Shown one piece after another: positions 26,905-40,425 of a stretch of DNA of 64,000 bases; the first letter of the stretch is position 1, and each line of letters opens with the position of its first letter. A model generated the notes under the pieces. The model searched no databases and had not been told where the DNA came from. It saw nothing but the letters and a program-made list of their open reading frames with translations. Source of the DNA: Octopus vulgaris (lineage: Eukaryota). Both the position numbers and the translations under genes were made by a program. The stretch spans positions 90,520,001 through 90,584,000 of the forward strand of contig OX597823.1 of the NCBI GenBank assembly GCA_951406725.2. The letters are read 5' to 3'.

Positions 26905-28383
26905 TAAACACGCACACATTTATGTATACACACACACGTTTACACACATGCTTGTATGTATGCGATATATGTGTACCATATCTGTGTGTGTGTCTGTTTG
27001 TTGATAAACACTCACAAACAACTTTTGTAACAATTTTTTTATAACACAACCAACAATGTGTCTGTCTGTGCCTTACAGTGGTGTTAGTAATGCTAACCCC
27101 CACCGTCCCTAACACCACTGTTGGCACCACCGCCACCGCCACCACCACCACCACCACCACCACTATTGCCTTAAGTCCTATGAGTGGTGGCCTCTAACCC
27201 CAAGCCTCAGCTTGTTCCAGAACAAAATCTATTTAGTTTAGTTTTAACGTAAACATTGAGGAAGACACACACACACATATACACACACAGAAGTACATAC
27301 ATACACACGATATTCAAGCTCACACGGTTACACATACACACACAAAGTCTACACTGATTTGTGTGCCTGTCCATCAGTCTATCTCCAAACGTGTATGAAG
27401 GCACACACACACACACACACACATACATACATATATATAATAATATAAATAATATATAAATATATGCCTATATACATACCTACATATATATGTATATGTA
27501 CATGAATTTATAGGTACAGGCCATAAAAAAAAAAAATGTTGAACAGAATGAGAAACGAAAACATAAAAACATAGAAAACGAATTTTTTTCGAACAACAGA
27601 AAACACAGACAAAGAAGACCTGCAACATAAAGAATATTCCCCTTCATCAGTTGTCCACGTTTCATCTACTCCGCGTTCCGAAGGCAAGGACAATCCGCGA
27701 CTTCATTGATATATATATATATATATATTCTTTTATTTGTTTCAGTCATTTAACTGTGGCCATGCTGGAGCACTGCCTTTAGTTGAATACTCTTTTGCTG
27801 AACAGCTAGGTTACACGGACGTAAAAACTACCACATCGGTTGTCAAGTGATAGGTGGGGCACAAACACAGACACACATACACCCCCCCCACATATATATA
27901 CATATATAGATTCAGTAGGGTATATAATACATATATATATATATATATATATATATGTTACAAATCCTATATATATATGACAGGCTTCTTTCAGTTTCTG
28001 TCTACCAAATCCACTCACAAAGCTTTGATCGGCCCGAGGCTATAGTAGAAGACTCTTGCCCAAGGTGCTATGCAGTGGGACTGAACCTGGAACCATGTAG
28101 TTGGGAAGCAAGCTATTTACTACACAACAACTCCTGAACCTATATACTCATCCACATATATAAAACAAATGAGAGAAAGAGGATATGATATTCATGTGAT
28201 CCTTTATTAATCAGGTGAGTTTTGACCTATTTTTCATTGGTCCCTTGCAGGTGAGATCCTGTCAACTGGTTGTGGTGCATCCTTTGGTGCATCCAGGTAG
28301 GCATAGACAGTGGAAACACTTTGTCATACTACTAAGTGTGGACCCAAATATACACACACATACACACACACACACAGATACAT

Positions 28384-28425
<42 letters not shown>

Positions 28426-28869
28426 TTATACACACACACATATATATATACACACACATATATGTCTATCTGTGTTTGTGTGTGTATGTATATATATATG
28501 TACACATATATATATATATCTGTTTACCTGTGCGTGTGTGTGTATACACACACACACATATATATACACACACACACACAACAGGCTTCTGTCAACCATA
28601 TCCACTCACAAGGTTTTGTTGGCCCAAAGCTATAATAAGAGACACTGGCCAAGATGTCACACAGTGGGACTGAACCCAGAACCATGTAGTAGGAAGTGAG
28701 CTTCTTACCACAGAGCCATGCCCGCACCTATACACACACAAACACACACACACATATGTATATGTGCGTATATATATATATATATGTAGGTCCCGGGTTT
28801 AGTCGGGGTTAACCACAGTAAATAAGGTACTCAATACATAGCAGAGTAAATTAATTTATTTTATATAAA

Positions 28870-28914
<45 letters not shown>

Positions 28915-29994
28915 TATATATATATATATGCACTCTAACACACATACACACAAATTTGTTTTTTCTGAGATTATGATAAAAAAAACTATTCTTTCTGGCA
29001 CTAAGAAGATGGTAAATGATAAAAATGTGATGGATGGATGTGTTTCTGTGTCTATGTGTGAGCATATATGAGTCTTTGTGTGTGTGTGTGAGTGAGTGCA
29101 TTTGTATATGTTTGCGTGAGCAAGTATGTGTACGAGAGTATTTGTGCGTATTGGTAGGTGTGAATGTGTGCAGGTACATATATACATGTGTGTGTGTGTG
29201 TGTGTGTGTGTATGGAAATATTTATGCATGAGCAAGAGTGTGTGTGTGTATATATGTCTATATGTGTGGGAGCCTCTCACTCCTCAGCTGTTGCTTCTGA
29301 GCAAATCTCCAACTTCTCCAACTTTCCACACTCCACGTCTTTCACCACCACCACTCCCATCAACAGCACCACCATCGCCACCGCCACCATTACCAACATT
29401 CAAAGACACACAACAGTCTTCTCCCCCCCCTCCCCGGTACCTGCAGCAGGAATTGAAACATCTTGAAAAGGTGGGAAAAAAAAGCCGAAAGGGGTGGGTG
29501 GAGGGGCCTGTGTGGTGGCACTGAAGGTGAGGAGGGAGGAGTAAATCCAGAAATGGTAGCGCCAACAACAACAACAACGAGGTGCCACAGAAGAAGATGC
29601 GATGATGTTCAGAAGATAACGTAAATATTTGAAAAGACTTCAAGGGAATAAACTAAATAAAGTTCACACATATATATATATATATGTATAGATATGAAGG
29701 TGTGGTTGTGTGGTTAGGAAGTTTGTTTCCCAACCACATGGTTTCAGGTTCAGTCTCACTGTGCAGCACCTTGGGTATGTGTCTTATAATATGATACTAA
29801 ATGCTTTGTAAGTAGAGTGAGATGGATGGAAGCTGAGAGAAGCCTCTATAATACAACTGTCTTGTTTCATTTCAGACATACATACATACATATGAAATTC
29901 CAATGAAGGAGCCTTGGATCTAGGTTAGAAACCAGTTCTTTCTCTATTGGTAAGAAATATTGAAATAAACTGAATAATGACATACATACATACA

Positions 29995-30345
29995 TACAGA
30001 CAACTGCTTCCAAACCTCCAGCTTCTATATCCAGACTATGAATTCATATTCATACCAATAGTAATTGGCTCACTAGGTTTTGCTAGTAAATGCTCAAAGG
30101 AGAATCTGGATAAACTGGGATTTTCAGAAAGAGATAGTGACCGGCTAATTCACTAATTACAAGAGCAATTGGTGAGTGGAACAGTAAAAATAAACAAGAC
30201 TTTTCTCAAGTTTCAAATCTTAATTTGACTGTGTTAACTACATCCTAAACATGGAGCCTTGTATCTTTGTTGGAAACTGACTCCCTCCTCAGTGGAAGAT
30301 TTATATATCTAAAAAACAGACAAGACATGCATGCATACATACATT
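29995..30345 (+). mobile_element. RLE non-LTR retrotransposon 3' end inserted in (TACA)n
   Basis: YRQLLPNLQLLYPDYEFIFIPIVIGSLGFASK...IH*LQEQLVSGTVKINKTFLKF carries the P-IVIG-LG RLE motif and one internal stop; the 3'UTR ends in CATACATAC. Confidence 0.75.
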
Positions 30346-30490
30346 GTTAACTGTCCCATCATAGATATGGTCAGCAAAAGAGAAAAAGACTGTACTCCAT
30401 CAGTGAGAGATAAATACCATACAATACACAGAGTATTTAAATACAAGCTACTCATAAACTCTATCCTGGCAACACTTCAAATGTAAAATT

Positions 30491-30583
30491 CTCTCCTGAA
30501 GATGGAGGCAGTGTTATCTGATAGTGGATCCAAATAACTATCATTATTCCAGACCACAAAGCCCCCAGAAACAGCTGTTGGAC
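30491..30583 (+). ncRNA. Hammerhead-like motif with long stem II
   Basis: CTGAAGA-TGGAGGC...GCCCCCA-GAAAC-AGCT-GTT; palindromic stem III loop; stem I is weak (2 bp). Confidence 0.55.
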
Positions 30584-31297
30584 ACGTAAAACTCAACCCA
30601 TTTAACTCCTGATCTCATTTATATTTTGTGTAAGCCAGACTATTTTATATCCATACATATGTACACTTCTTTGCAATAATATTTCTAATATTCTGTGTAA
30701 ATCGACTTGTCTAACTTGTTTGTCTTTACATTTACTCATCTCCCAGCACAAATTCAAAGCTCTTGAGCACTTCAAAGTGTATTCTATATAGAGGACACCT
30801 GTCTCTAACCTGTCTCTAGTGAAGGCGCAAGACTCAGTGGTTATAGTGTCGAGCTTATGATCATTAGTTTGATTCCTGGACCTGGCTGCATGTTGTGTTC
30901 TTGCGCAAGACACTATTTCACGTTGCTCCAGTTAACTCAGCTGTAGAAATGAGCTGTGACGTCACTGGTGCTAAGCTGTATTGGCCTTGGATAACATCTG
31001 TGGTGTGAAGTTGGGAGGTTGGTATGCATGGGTAACTGCTGGCCTTCCATAAAACAACCTTGCCTGGACTTGTGCCTCAGAGGGTAACTTTCTAGGTGCA
31101 ATCCCATGGTCATTCATGACCGAAGGGAGTCTCAAAATATATATATATATATGTGTGTGTGTGTGTATAAAGTAACAAACTGAGGAAAAGAGATCCTTCA
31201 AAGGGGTGTGTTAAACATCCAATTCACTGGTACTTCAGTTGGATACCATATAAATATGGGTATAGTGCAATTATAAATATAAATTAAATACAAAGAT

Positions 31298-32703
31298 GTT
31301 GAGGCAAGTGAAAATCAAACCAAATCAAAATAGATGAACATCAATGGAATTTGTATCTTTGTGGTTCCAGTACCGGTGGCACACAAGAAAACCATCCGAT
31401 CGTGGCCGTTCGCCAGCCTCATCTGGCACCTGTGTCGGTGGCACATAAAAACACCATCCGAAGACCCGGCGACGTAGTCAGTCCACCTGTGCATACCTTG
31501 CTACTTATGACACTTGTGAAGACCTGTTGAGGCAAGTGAAAATCAAAATCAAATCAAATCAAATCAAACCAAATCAAAATAGATGAACATCAATGGAATT
31601 TGTATCTTTGTGGTACCAGTACCGGTGGCACACAAGAAAACCATCCGAACGTGGCCGTAGCCAGTACCGCATCGACTGGCCTCTGTGATGTGGGCACATA
31701 ACAAACACCATCCGATCGTGGCCGTCCGCCAGCCTCATCTGGCACCTGTGTCGGTGGCACATAAAAACACCAACCGAAGACCCGGCAAGACTAGTCAGGC
31801 CATAACCCATGGCCCCTACTTGGGACGTAGTCAGTCCACCTGTGCATACCTTCCTTCCTTCTTGTGACACTTGTGAAGACCTGTGAAGACCTGTTGAGGC
31901 AAGTGAAAATCAAAATCAAATCAAATCAAATCAAAATAGATGAACATCAATGGAATTTGTATCTTGTGGTAAATTAGTGCCGGTGGCACACAAGAAAACC
32001 ATCCGAACGTGGCCGTAGCCAGTACCGCATCGACTGGCCTCCGTGCTGTGGGCACGCAACAAACACCATCCGATCGTGGCCGTTCGCCAGCCTCATCTGG
32101 CACCTGTGTCGGTGGCACATAAAAACACCATCCGAAGACCCAGCAAGACTAGTCAGGCCATAACCCGTGGCCCCTACCTGGGACGTAGTCAGTCCACCTG
32201 TGCATACCTTCCTTCTTGTGACACTTGTGAAGACCTGTTGAGGCAAGTGAAAATCAAATCAAATCAAAACAAATCAAAATAGATGAACATCAATGGAATT
32301 TGTATCTTTGTGGTACCAGTGCCGGTGGCACACAAGAAAATCATCCGAACGTGGCCGTAGCCAGTACCGCATAGACTGGCCTCCGTGCTTTGGGGACGTA
32401 ACAAACACCATCCGATCGTGGCCGTCCGCCAGCCTCATCTGGCACCTGTGTCGGTGGCACATAAAAACACCATCCGAGCGTGGCCGTCTGCCAGCCTCGT
32501 CTGGCACCTGTGTCGGTGGCACATAAAATCACCCACTACACTCTCGGAGTGGTTGGCGTTAGGAAGGGCATCCAGCTGTAGAAACACTGCCAGATCTGAC
32601 TGGCCTGGTGCAGCCTTCGGGCTCCCCAGACCCCAGTTGAACCGTCCAACCCATGCTAGCATGGAAAACGGACGCTAAATGATGATGATGATGATGATGA
32701 TGA
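31298..32703 (+). mobile_element. Tandem array of four RTE 3'-end units (about 230-465 bp) ending in an (ATG)n tail
   Basis: GTTGAGGCAAGTGAAAATCAAA recurs at about 31298, 31527, 31893 and 32237; high identity and retained CpGs. Confidence 0.9.
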
Positions 32704-32884
32704 TATACTATTGACAATCCAATAATTTATTTATATTATAATATTATATGACATAGTATGAATACAACATAAACAATTATGGTTTTAATAATCGTTTGTT
32801 GTATAATATTATGTTATCATATATTGATAGTATATCATGTAATATTATAATATAAATAAATTATTGGACTGTCAATAGTATCTC
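32702..32884. repeat. Foldback inverted repeat (arms of about 50-60 bp)
   Basis: GATATACTATTGACAATCCAATAATTTATTTATATTATAATATTA.ATGA and its reverse complement ending at 32884. Confidence 0.85.
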
Positions 32885-33038
32885 ACTATTTAGTTTATCT
32901 TTATATATATCTTTATATATATTCTATGCTGATGTAAGACAGCATGTTCTTTGTCTATCTCCTTAACTTCTTGGAGATTTTAGGTATAATTATACTAATG
33001 TGTCCATCTGTTCTAATTTAATTAAATTCTATGTCTTT

Positions 33039-33127
33039 GTGCAGCTGAAGATTGCTCTGCATTTTAAATTGATGTAATGATTGCTTTGTTCAATTAAATG
33101 GAGTTGCATGAAACGATCGTACTGCAT
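33039..33127 (+). ncRNA. Minimal type I hammerhead ribozyme motif
   Basis: GTGCAG-CTGAAGA-T-TGC...GCA-T-GAAAC-GATC-GTA-CTGCAT: stem I TGCAG/CTGCA is perfect, stem III ACGATCGT is palindromic, GUA triplet. Confidence 0.8.
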
Positions 33128-34129
33128 TACCTCTGGATATCCTTGTTAGCAAGACAGTTTATAAATCAGTGATATTATCACATGCGTGCTTGTGTGCTTA
33201 ATCCATTATGGTTTAGGAATTGTAGTCTGATTTTATTTTCTGTAACTTAACAGTTTGACAAATAAAAACCAATAAAATAAGAACCATACAGTAAAAGATA
33301 CTAAAGTTAATATAAACAACTAAAACCCTTCAAGGTGGTACTCCAGCATGGCCTGCAACCCAATGACTGAAACCAGTTTGAGAAAGGCTACATATGGATA
33401 TACACTAACACACACATATGTATGTATATTATGTGTGTGTGTGTATACATACATACATACATACATATATATATATATATAAAGAAAATAAACATAATGA
33501 GTCAGGAGAAAATATATAAAACATATATAAAAAACCTTTAGATAAATATGAAAGACAAAATTATGTGTGTTTGTATACATAAATGTATGTCTCTATATGT
33601 ATGCATGTGTGTATACATATATATATAATATACATACATACACATGTTTATATGTACATACACCAACGTGTGTATATACATATATATATACATATGCACA
33701 TAAACACACACACATATATATATATATATGTATATATATATACATGACTAAAGTAAACAGATAGAAATTTCCAGACCACACCCTGCTAATAGATAATTTT
33801 AACCCTTTGGAGACTTAACGCCTACTGATATTGCAACGGTAAATAAAGAAGACAGAACTGTTTTATATAAGTTATACAAACATCAGGGAATGTCTGCTTG
33901 AAACATTATTTCGAAATATTAGTTGCAAACATGATTTGGCAAAACCGTAAACAGCAATAAATTTTTTAGTGAAAAATAAGTATTATCACACTTTATCAGC
34001 TATTAATCCTTTGGAGATGAAACCCTTCAATATTCCACTTTTTATGAGATATAAAATGAATAAAGGTATTTATTAACCAAAGTATATACATATCAAAAGA
34101 ACATGAATTTCCGCTAGTGTGTGCATCTG

Positions 34130-34136
34130 CATATAT

Positions 34137-34179
<43 letters not shown>

Positions 34180-34511
34180 CATCTATATATATACATACAT
34201 ACATATATATATATACATATATATATACATACATCTATATATATACATACATACATATATATATATACATACATCTATATATATACATACATCTATATAT
34301 ATACATACATACATATATATATATACATACATATATAAATATATACATACATATATATATATACACATACATATATATATATACATACATATATATATAT
34401 ACACATACATATATATATATACATACATACATATATATATACATACATACATATATATATACATACATACATATATATATACATACATATATATATATAC
34501 ATACATACATA

Positions 34512-34543
<32 letters not shown>

Positions 34544-34718
34544 CATATATATATATATATACATACATACATACATATATATACATACATACATATATAT
34601 ATATATACATACATATATATATATACATACATATATATATATACATACATACATACATATATATACATACATACATATATATATATACATACATACATAC
34701 ATATATATATATACATAC

Positions 34719-34751
<33 letters not shown>

Positions 34752-35075
34752 CATATATACATACATATATATATATACATACATACATACATACATATAT
34801 ATATATAAATACATACATATATATATATACATACATACATATATATATACATACATACATATATATATACATACATACATATATATATATATACATACAT
34901 ATATATATATATACATACATATATATATATATACATACAATATATATATAATAACATATATATATATATATATACATACATACATAATATATATATACAT
35001 ACATATATATATACATACATACATATATATATATACATACTTACATATATATATATATATTTATGTATGTATATA
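34130..35075. repeat. Compound (TA)n/(TACA)n microsatellite, about 950 bp
   Basis: Directly visible; a similar tract lies at 56815-57285. Confidence 0.95.
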
Positions 35076-35243
35076 TAAAACTTTCACATGAGCACACACA
35101 CACACAAACACGTACACACACACACAAACACACACACATATGAATGTTTTTATGCCAAGTTATATATAAAAGAAAATTATGTAGAACTGACGGATGCTCT
35201 TTATACTGTTTAGTAGATTAAATATACTGTAACTTTTACAAAC

Positions 35244-35342
35244 AAAGGCTGACAGTGACTTCGAAATTTCCACTGACTTGCCTTTGTCAGACTGTTTGGT
35301 GAAGGTGAGTGAGACAAAACTTTGAAGCCACAGTCAACTTTT
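35244..35342. repeat. About 99-bp decayed palindrome (palindromic MITE)
   Basis: Arms pair around T35293; many differences are CpG-type transitions. Confidence 0.7.
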
Positions 35343-35651
35343 TCCTTGTTACAACATCATCATTATGGTTTAACTTCCACTTTTCCACACCTGCATGTGT
35401 CAGGTGGAACATAAGGTAGATATTCTGTCGCCCTGATGTTCTTCTTGTCACCAGTTCTCATCTGTAGCCAAGGAAGGTAATATCTCTCCATGGGTGGACA
35501 GATTTTCATCGAAGGAAAGAAGCAATGGACACCACTTATGTGAGGGTGATGCTTGTTTACGACTTATGTGAGGTCATGACATGAAGACCAACCCCCCCCA
35601 GCCACACACACACACTTATTTATATATGTGTGCATGTAGACATTTGTGTTT

Positions 35652-35858
35652 GAGCTGGCAGAAACGTTTGCACGCCGGGCGAAATCCTTAGCAGCATTTC
35701 GTCTGTCTTTACGTTCTGAATTCAAACCTCTCCGAGGTCGACTTTGCCTTTCATCCTTTTGGGGTCGATAAATTGAGTACCAGTTGTGCACTGGGGTCGA
35801 TCTAATCAACTGGCCCCTCCCCCAAAATTTCAGGCCTTGCGCCTAGAGTAGAAAAGAA
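35652..35858 (+). mobile_element. tRNA-derived SINE (family C), young copy
   Basis: GAGCTGGCAGAAACG...GGTCGACTTTGCCTTTCATCCTTTTGGGGTCGATAAATTGAGTACCAG. Confidence 0.85.
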
Positions 35859-38638
35859 TATTTGTGGTCTACGAAAGTTGATTGTTATAAATTTTGATAT
35901 CACTTCTGACAACAAATCATTCATTCATTTTGAACTTTAATTGTTAGTGACAGGAAGAGTATCCTGTTGCGAAACAATTCCTCAATGATGTATACATCTA
36001 ACCCATGCAAGCATGGAAAAATGGATGCAAATGATTGAATGATAGAAGGAGAGAAAAGAGGCAAAAAAACGTGTTTTGATTCTTGGTTGCCTCTTTTTTT
36101 AATCTTAGTTGAATTTGCCTGTCTGTCAGCCGATGATGTCAATGAAATACCAAACAAAATACTGGGTCTAATATAATTGTTACAGCATCATCATTATGGT
36201 TTTTAACTTCCACTTTTCCACACCTGCATGTGTCAGATGGAATGTAAGGTAGATTTCCTGTCGCCCTGATGTTCTTCTTGTTACCAATCCTCATCTGTAG
36301 CCAAGGAAGGTAATATCTATATAATTGGCTAAAACATTTGAGTGTGGTGCTCCAGCATGGCAACTGTGCAATGACTGTAACAAGTCAAAGAATAAAACAA
36401 CTATCAGCTAATTTAATCTTTAAATCTATTTAATGAGATGTGAAATTTAGTTGTTTGCAGACAATGTTTGTCTCTGGGTTGTTTCTACGCTAAATATACT
36501 GACAGACATATTTTGACAAGATAAAATGTTAATAATTGTTTTATTATTTAGTATTTTGCTTAAGAAAAAAATAAATAAACTCCATCTGGAACCAAAGTGA
36601 CAAACAAAAAGAAATAAATTCTGTAAAAAGAACCACTTCTGTCTCCTTTTTAGCACAAAACTGGCAGGCAGATGAAGGTTAAGCAAATAATGGTGTTGTC
36701 TAGACAAATAAGCAAAAAGGGCTGTTATTTATCAAAGGAAAGGGGTTAGGATTGATTGTATCAACTCTGTAAAATATTAGAGATTTCTTGCTGGAAGGAT
36801 GAAACAAAACACTGCAAAATCATTTAGTCTGTTGCTTTGATGATATTTCTGCAAACTTACTTGCTAAGTGGAACAACTAAAAAATAAACAGACGAGTCAC
36901 GTATTTATTTTCACCCCATTCTCACCAAGCAGTTTCCCTAACCTCTCTGTTTTTGTACCTTGAGGGTCTGTTCTGACACCTCATCACCATCATTATTATC
37001 TCTCTTTCCAGCTTCATGCCCTTTACTTCCATCCAACCTTATATTATGTGGGGTAGCCATGTATCTCCTCTGCAGTAACAAACCTCTTCTTGTCTGTCTG
37101 TCTATCATACTTTCTATCACATAGGGCTACCTTTCTTTTCCTGTCTCTCTCCTGTGCTCCAATACAATCAAGGGATCTTTTTTTAGCCTTGCAAGGTACT
37201 TGTTAAACCTCTGTAGTGTTGTGGTCCCACAAAAAGCACCCAGCACACGCTATAAAATGGTTGGGGTTAGGAAAAGTATCCAGGTGTAGAAACAGTGCCA
37301 AAATAGTCACTGGAATCCAACATAATCTTCTGACTTATGTCCTGTTGATTCATCTAACCTATGCCATCATGGGAAGCAGATTTTAAATGATGATGATGAT
37401 GACAAAAGAGAGATCTAATGTTTACCAAGTGGCTGTGTGGATAAACACCAAAAGCTATCCAAAATTATTGGTGAGTAGATTGTATCCATTGATTTGTAAG
37501 CAACCACAAGGTATCATAGCATGGTACCTACCATGTCATTATAATTCGTGGTGAAAATAGTTAACTATTTGATTCAAGTGGTTTTGGTGAATTCACAGCC
37601 CTCGAGTTTACCTCTAAATGGTCTCATATGATCGATGTATCAATAATATGCTTATGCCTTCATTTTAGCTGTCATAGATGCCATCATCATCATTTAACGT
37701 CTACTGTTCCATGCTTGTATGGGTCAGGTGAAATTCATTGAGGCAGATTTTCTATGGCCTGATGCCCTTCCTGTTACCAAGCCTCACCTGTAATATTTCC
37801 CTCTGGCCAGACAGGTTTTTCAGGCAGGCAAGAAATGAACAACACTGCTTGTATGATGATGATACTCATTTACAACCATCACATGATGTCAAAACACATA
37901 TACACACAGGCATATAACAGGATTCTTTCAGTTTCTGTCTATTAAATTAACTCACAAGGCTTTGGTTAGCTTAGGTCTATAGTAGAAGACACTTGCCTAA
38001 GGTGCCACACACTGGGATTGTTTTTGAAACTGCATGGTTAAGAAGCAAACTTCTTAAGCACACAGCTATATACAAATGTGTTGATATTTCCTCTCATTCA
38101 CTGCAGACATTCAGATATGTAAACGGTGTGTTGATCTGCTATGAATGTGTTAACATGTTAACTGTGTTCATGTATTAACAATGTGTCTACTTTCACTTTC
38201 GCTATGTCGCATGTATTATTAACATGTCTCCACTATCCCTTTAGAGCCAGTTAGATGTATTAATGATGTCTTTTACCTTTTACTTCTCTTGCTACTACTC
38301 CACATATGACTTAACAATGCTGGAATATAAGAAGATTCAGGGTATTAAGGAGGATTATCCCAGCTTTGGAAAAATTAAAAGATTAAAAAACATTTTCTAT
38401 TGGAAAGAATACCAGCCATTCATGGTTTTTGATAATTTCCATTATGCTTTAATACATGTCTTAGACACTCTTGGTAAGGAATCTTTTGAATATTCTGATG
38501 TTCTGCCAATACAGGGTCTACATTTTAAATGACACATCCTTCATAAGCAAAGAATTCAATATACAATCATAGTATCCAACTAATAGCAACAAAATATACA
38601 TTAAACAGTTATCATAGTCCTTCCTCATAGTTCTCAAG

Positions 38639-39070
38639 ATCATCATCGTTTAACATCCGTTTTCTGTGCTAGCATGGGTTGGATGGTTCGACTGGGATCT
38701 GGGAATCCAGGAGGCTGCACCAGGCTCCAGTCTGATCTGGCAGTGTTTCTACAGCTGGATGCCCTTCCTAATGCCAACCACTCCGTGAGTGTAGTGGGTG
38801 CTTTTTATGTGCCACCTGCACAGGTGCCAGACAAGGCTAGCAAACAGCCATGATCAGTTGGTGCTTTTTACGTGCCACCGGCACAGAAGCCAGTCGGGGC
38901 GGTGCTGGCATTGGCCACATTCGGACGGTGCTTATAACATGCCAACGGCACAGGTATCACAACTACAATTTCCATTTGATATTCATTTTGATGTTGATAT
39001 ACTTGACTCAATAGGTCTCCTCAAGCACAGCAGGTCATGTGCCAGCGGCACAGAAGCCAATGAAGGCGGC
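38639..39070 (-). mobile_element. RTE 3'UTR-derived repeat (family A)
   Basis: (ATC)n tail at the left, with reverse-complement units. Confidence 0.85.
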
Positions 39071-39859
39071 ACGGGCATGTATTAAATAATTCTCTAGGAG
39101 AACTATTTAATACATCTTCAATTGAATGGCCTTTGTACTTTGTTTAAGATTGGCCTTGAAACATCAGGATTGTCATTATCATCATTTTAATGTCCATTTT
39201 TCTATGGTTTAAGTATATGGGAACATATTTAACAGCTGGATGCTCTTCCTGTTGCCAAACCTTTACCTGGTTTCAAGCAAGGCAATATTTCCCCCTTGAC
39301 CAGACATGTTTCTGTAGGATATTGGAAACAGATGACACTGCTTGTATGACAGTGACACTCATTTACAGCTATCACATAATTTCACGACAAGGAGATACAC
39401 ACACACACACACACACATACACATATACACATAAATATATACATACATATAGAAACAGATATGTATAAGTATACACACACACACATACACACACACACAC
39501 ATACAAATGACAGGCTTATTTTAGTTACTGAACCACCTCACCAGACTTTGGTTGGTTTGGGTCTCAATTAGAAGACACTTGCTCACGGTGCCATGCAGTG
39601 GGACTGAACCTAAGACCATGTAGATAGGAAGAGCCACAGACCTTGATTTCATAAAAATAATGTCAGATTGCGAGCAAACAACACCGGTTGTATGGCAGTG
39701 ATGTTTGTTTACAATTAGCATGTGATGTCAAGTCTAGGAAACACACAGACTCACATGCATAAGCACGTACCCACACACACATGCTCACATGCATGTAATC
39801 CACCACATACATACACATGCACACATGCATGTAATCTACCACACACACACAATTTTGGT

Positions 39860-40425
39860 GTTTACTTGACTTGACTTGAGACAGCATTCACCCAGGGTGG
39901 GTTGAGCTGGCTTCATTCATCCTCAATGCTGCCTCTCTCACAAACGCCAACCAGACCTGGCGATTTGAGGCTAATGACCATGTGATCTCCAACCACTCCT
40001 TATTCCAGCAGCGAACGCCGTAGATATGGGGTCCTAGGTTGGATTCCAGATCAGCCTTGACTGTCATCAGCCAGGTTTTTCGTTGTCCTCCACATCACTT
40101 TTGCCATCCCTGAAGGGGAGCTGGGGCAATTGCTTCGTAGATGACTTCTCCTGGTTGACGACAGAGGGCATGACCCAGCCAACGCAGATGTCTCGTTAGG
40201 ATGACTTGTCGGAGGCAGGTGATTCTGCACTGGTGTCGCACCGAATTGTTGGAGACAAAGTCATGCCATCGAACACGAAGGATGCGGCATAGACAGAGGT
40301 GATCGAAAGATTCTAGTCGCTTAATATCTTCCCCCCTCATTGGCCATGACTCGCTGTCATAAAGGAAAATCATTCGCACTAGTGCTTAGTAGTTCCGTAC
40401 TTTGGTGGTGCGTCGGATCTCAGAT
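39860..40425 (-). mobile_element. 5'-truncated RTE-clade LINE with (CAAGT)n tail
   Basis: LYDSESWPMRGEDIKRLESFDHLCLCRILRVRWHDFVSN...HLRWLGH...GGQRKTW; tail TCAAGTCAAGTCAAGT; internal stop. Confidence 0.9.

Noticed and set aside
27600-27710. Minus-strand GAAAC...CTGATGA as a type II hammerhead
   Set aside because: The triplet would be GUG and stems I and II do not close; it may still be a repeat terminus
29126-29643. Pro-rich ORFs as a host exon
   Set aside because: Low complexity, starts inside a (TG)n tract, no recognisable domain and no consistent splice pair
31370-32540. CRISPR-like repeat/spacer pattern
   Set aside because: The spacers are homologous to one another, the units belong to a dispersed RTE 3'UTR, there are no cas genes, and the context is eukaryotic
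34117-35038. Long Y/I/H/T- and M/Y/V/C-rich ORFs (also 56654-57374 and many shorter ones)
   Set aside because: They are translations of (TA)n/(TACA)n microsatellites
35244-35342. Pre-miRNA hairpin
   Set aside because: A 1-nt centre and CpG-type arm differences indicate a decayed DNA palindrome; I recognise no conserved miRNA sequence
38263-38532. 89-aa ORF with ordinary composition
   Set aside because: No recognisable motif or splice context; the length is compatible with chance
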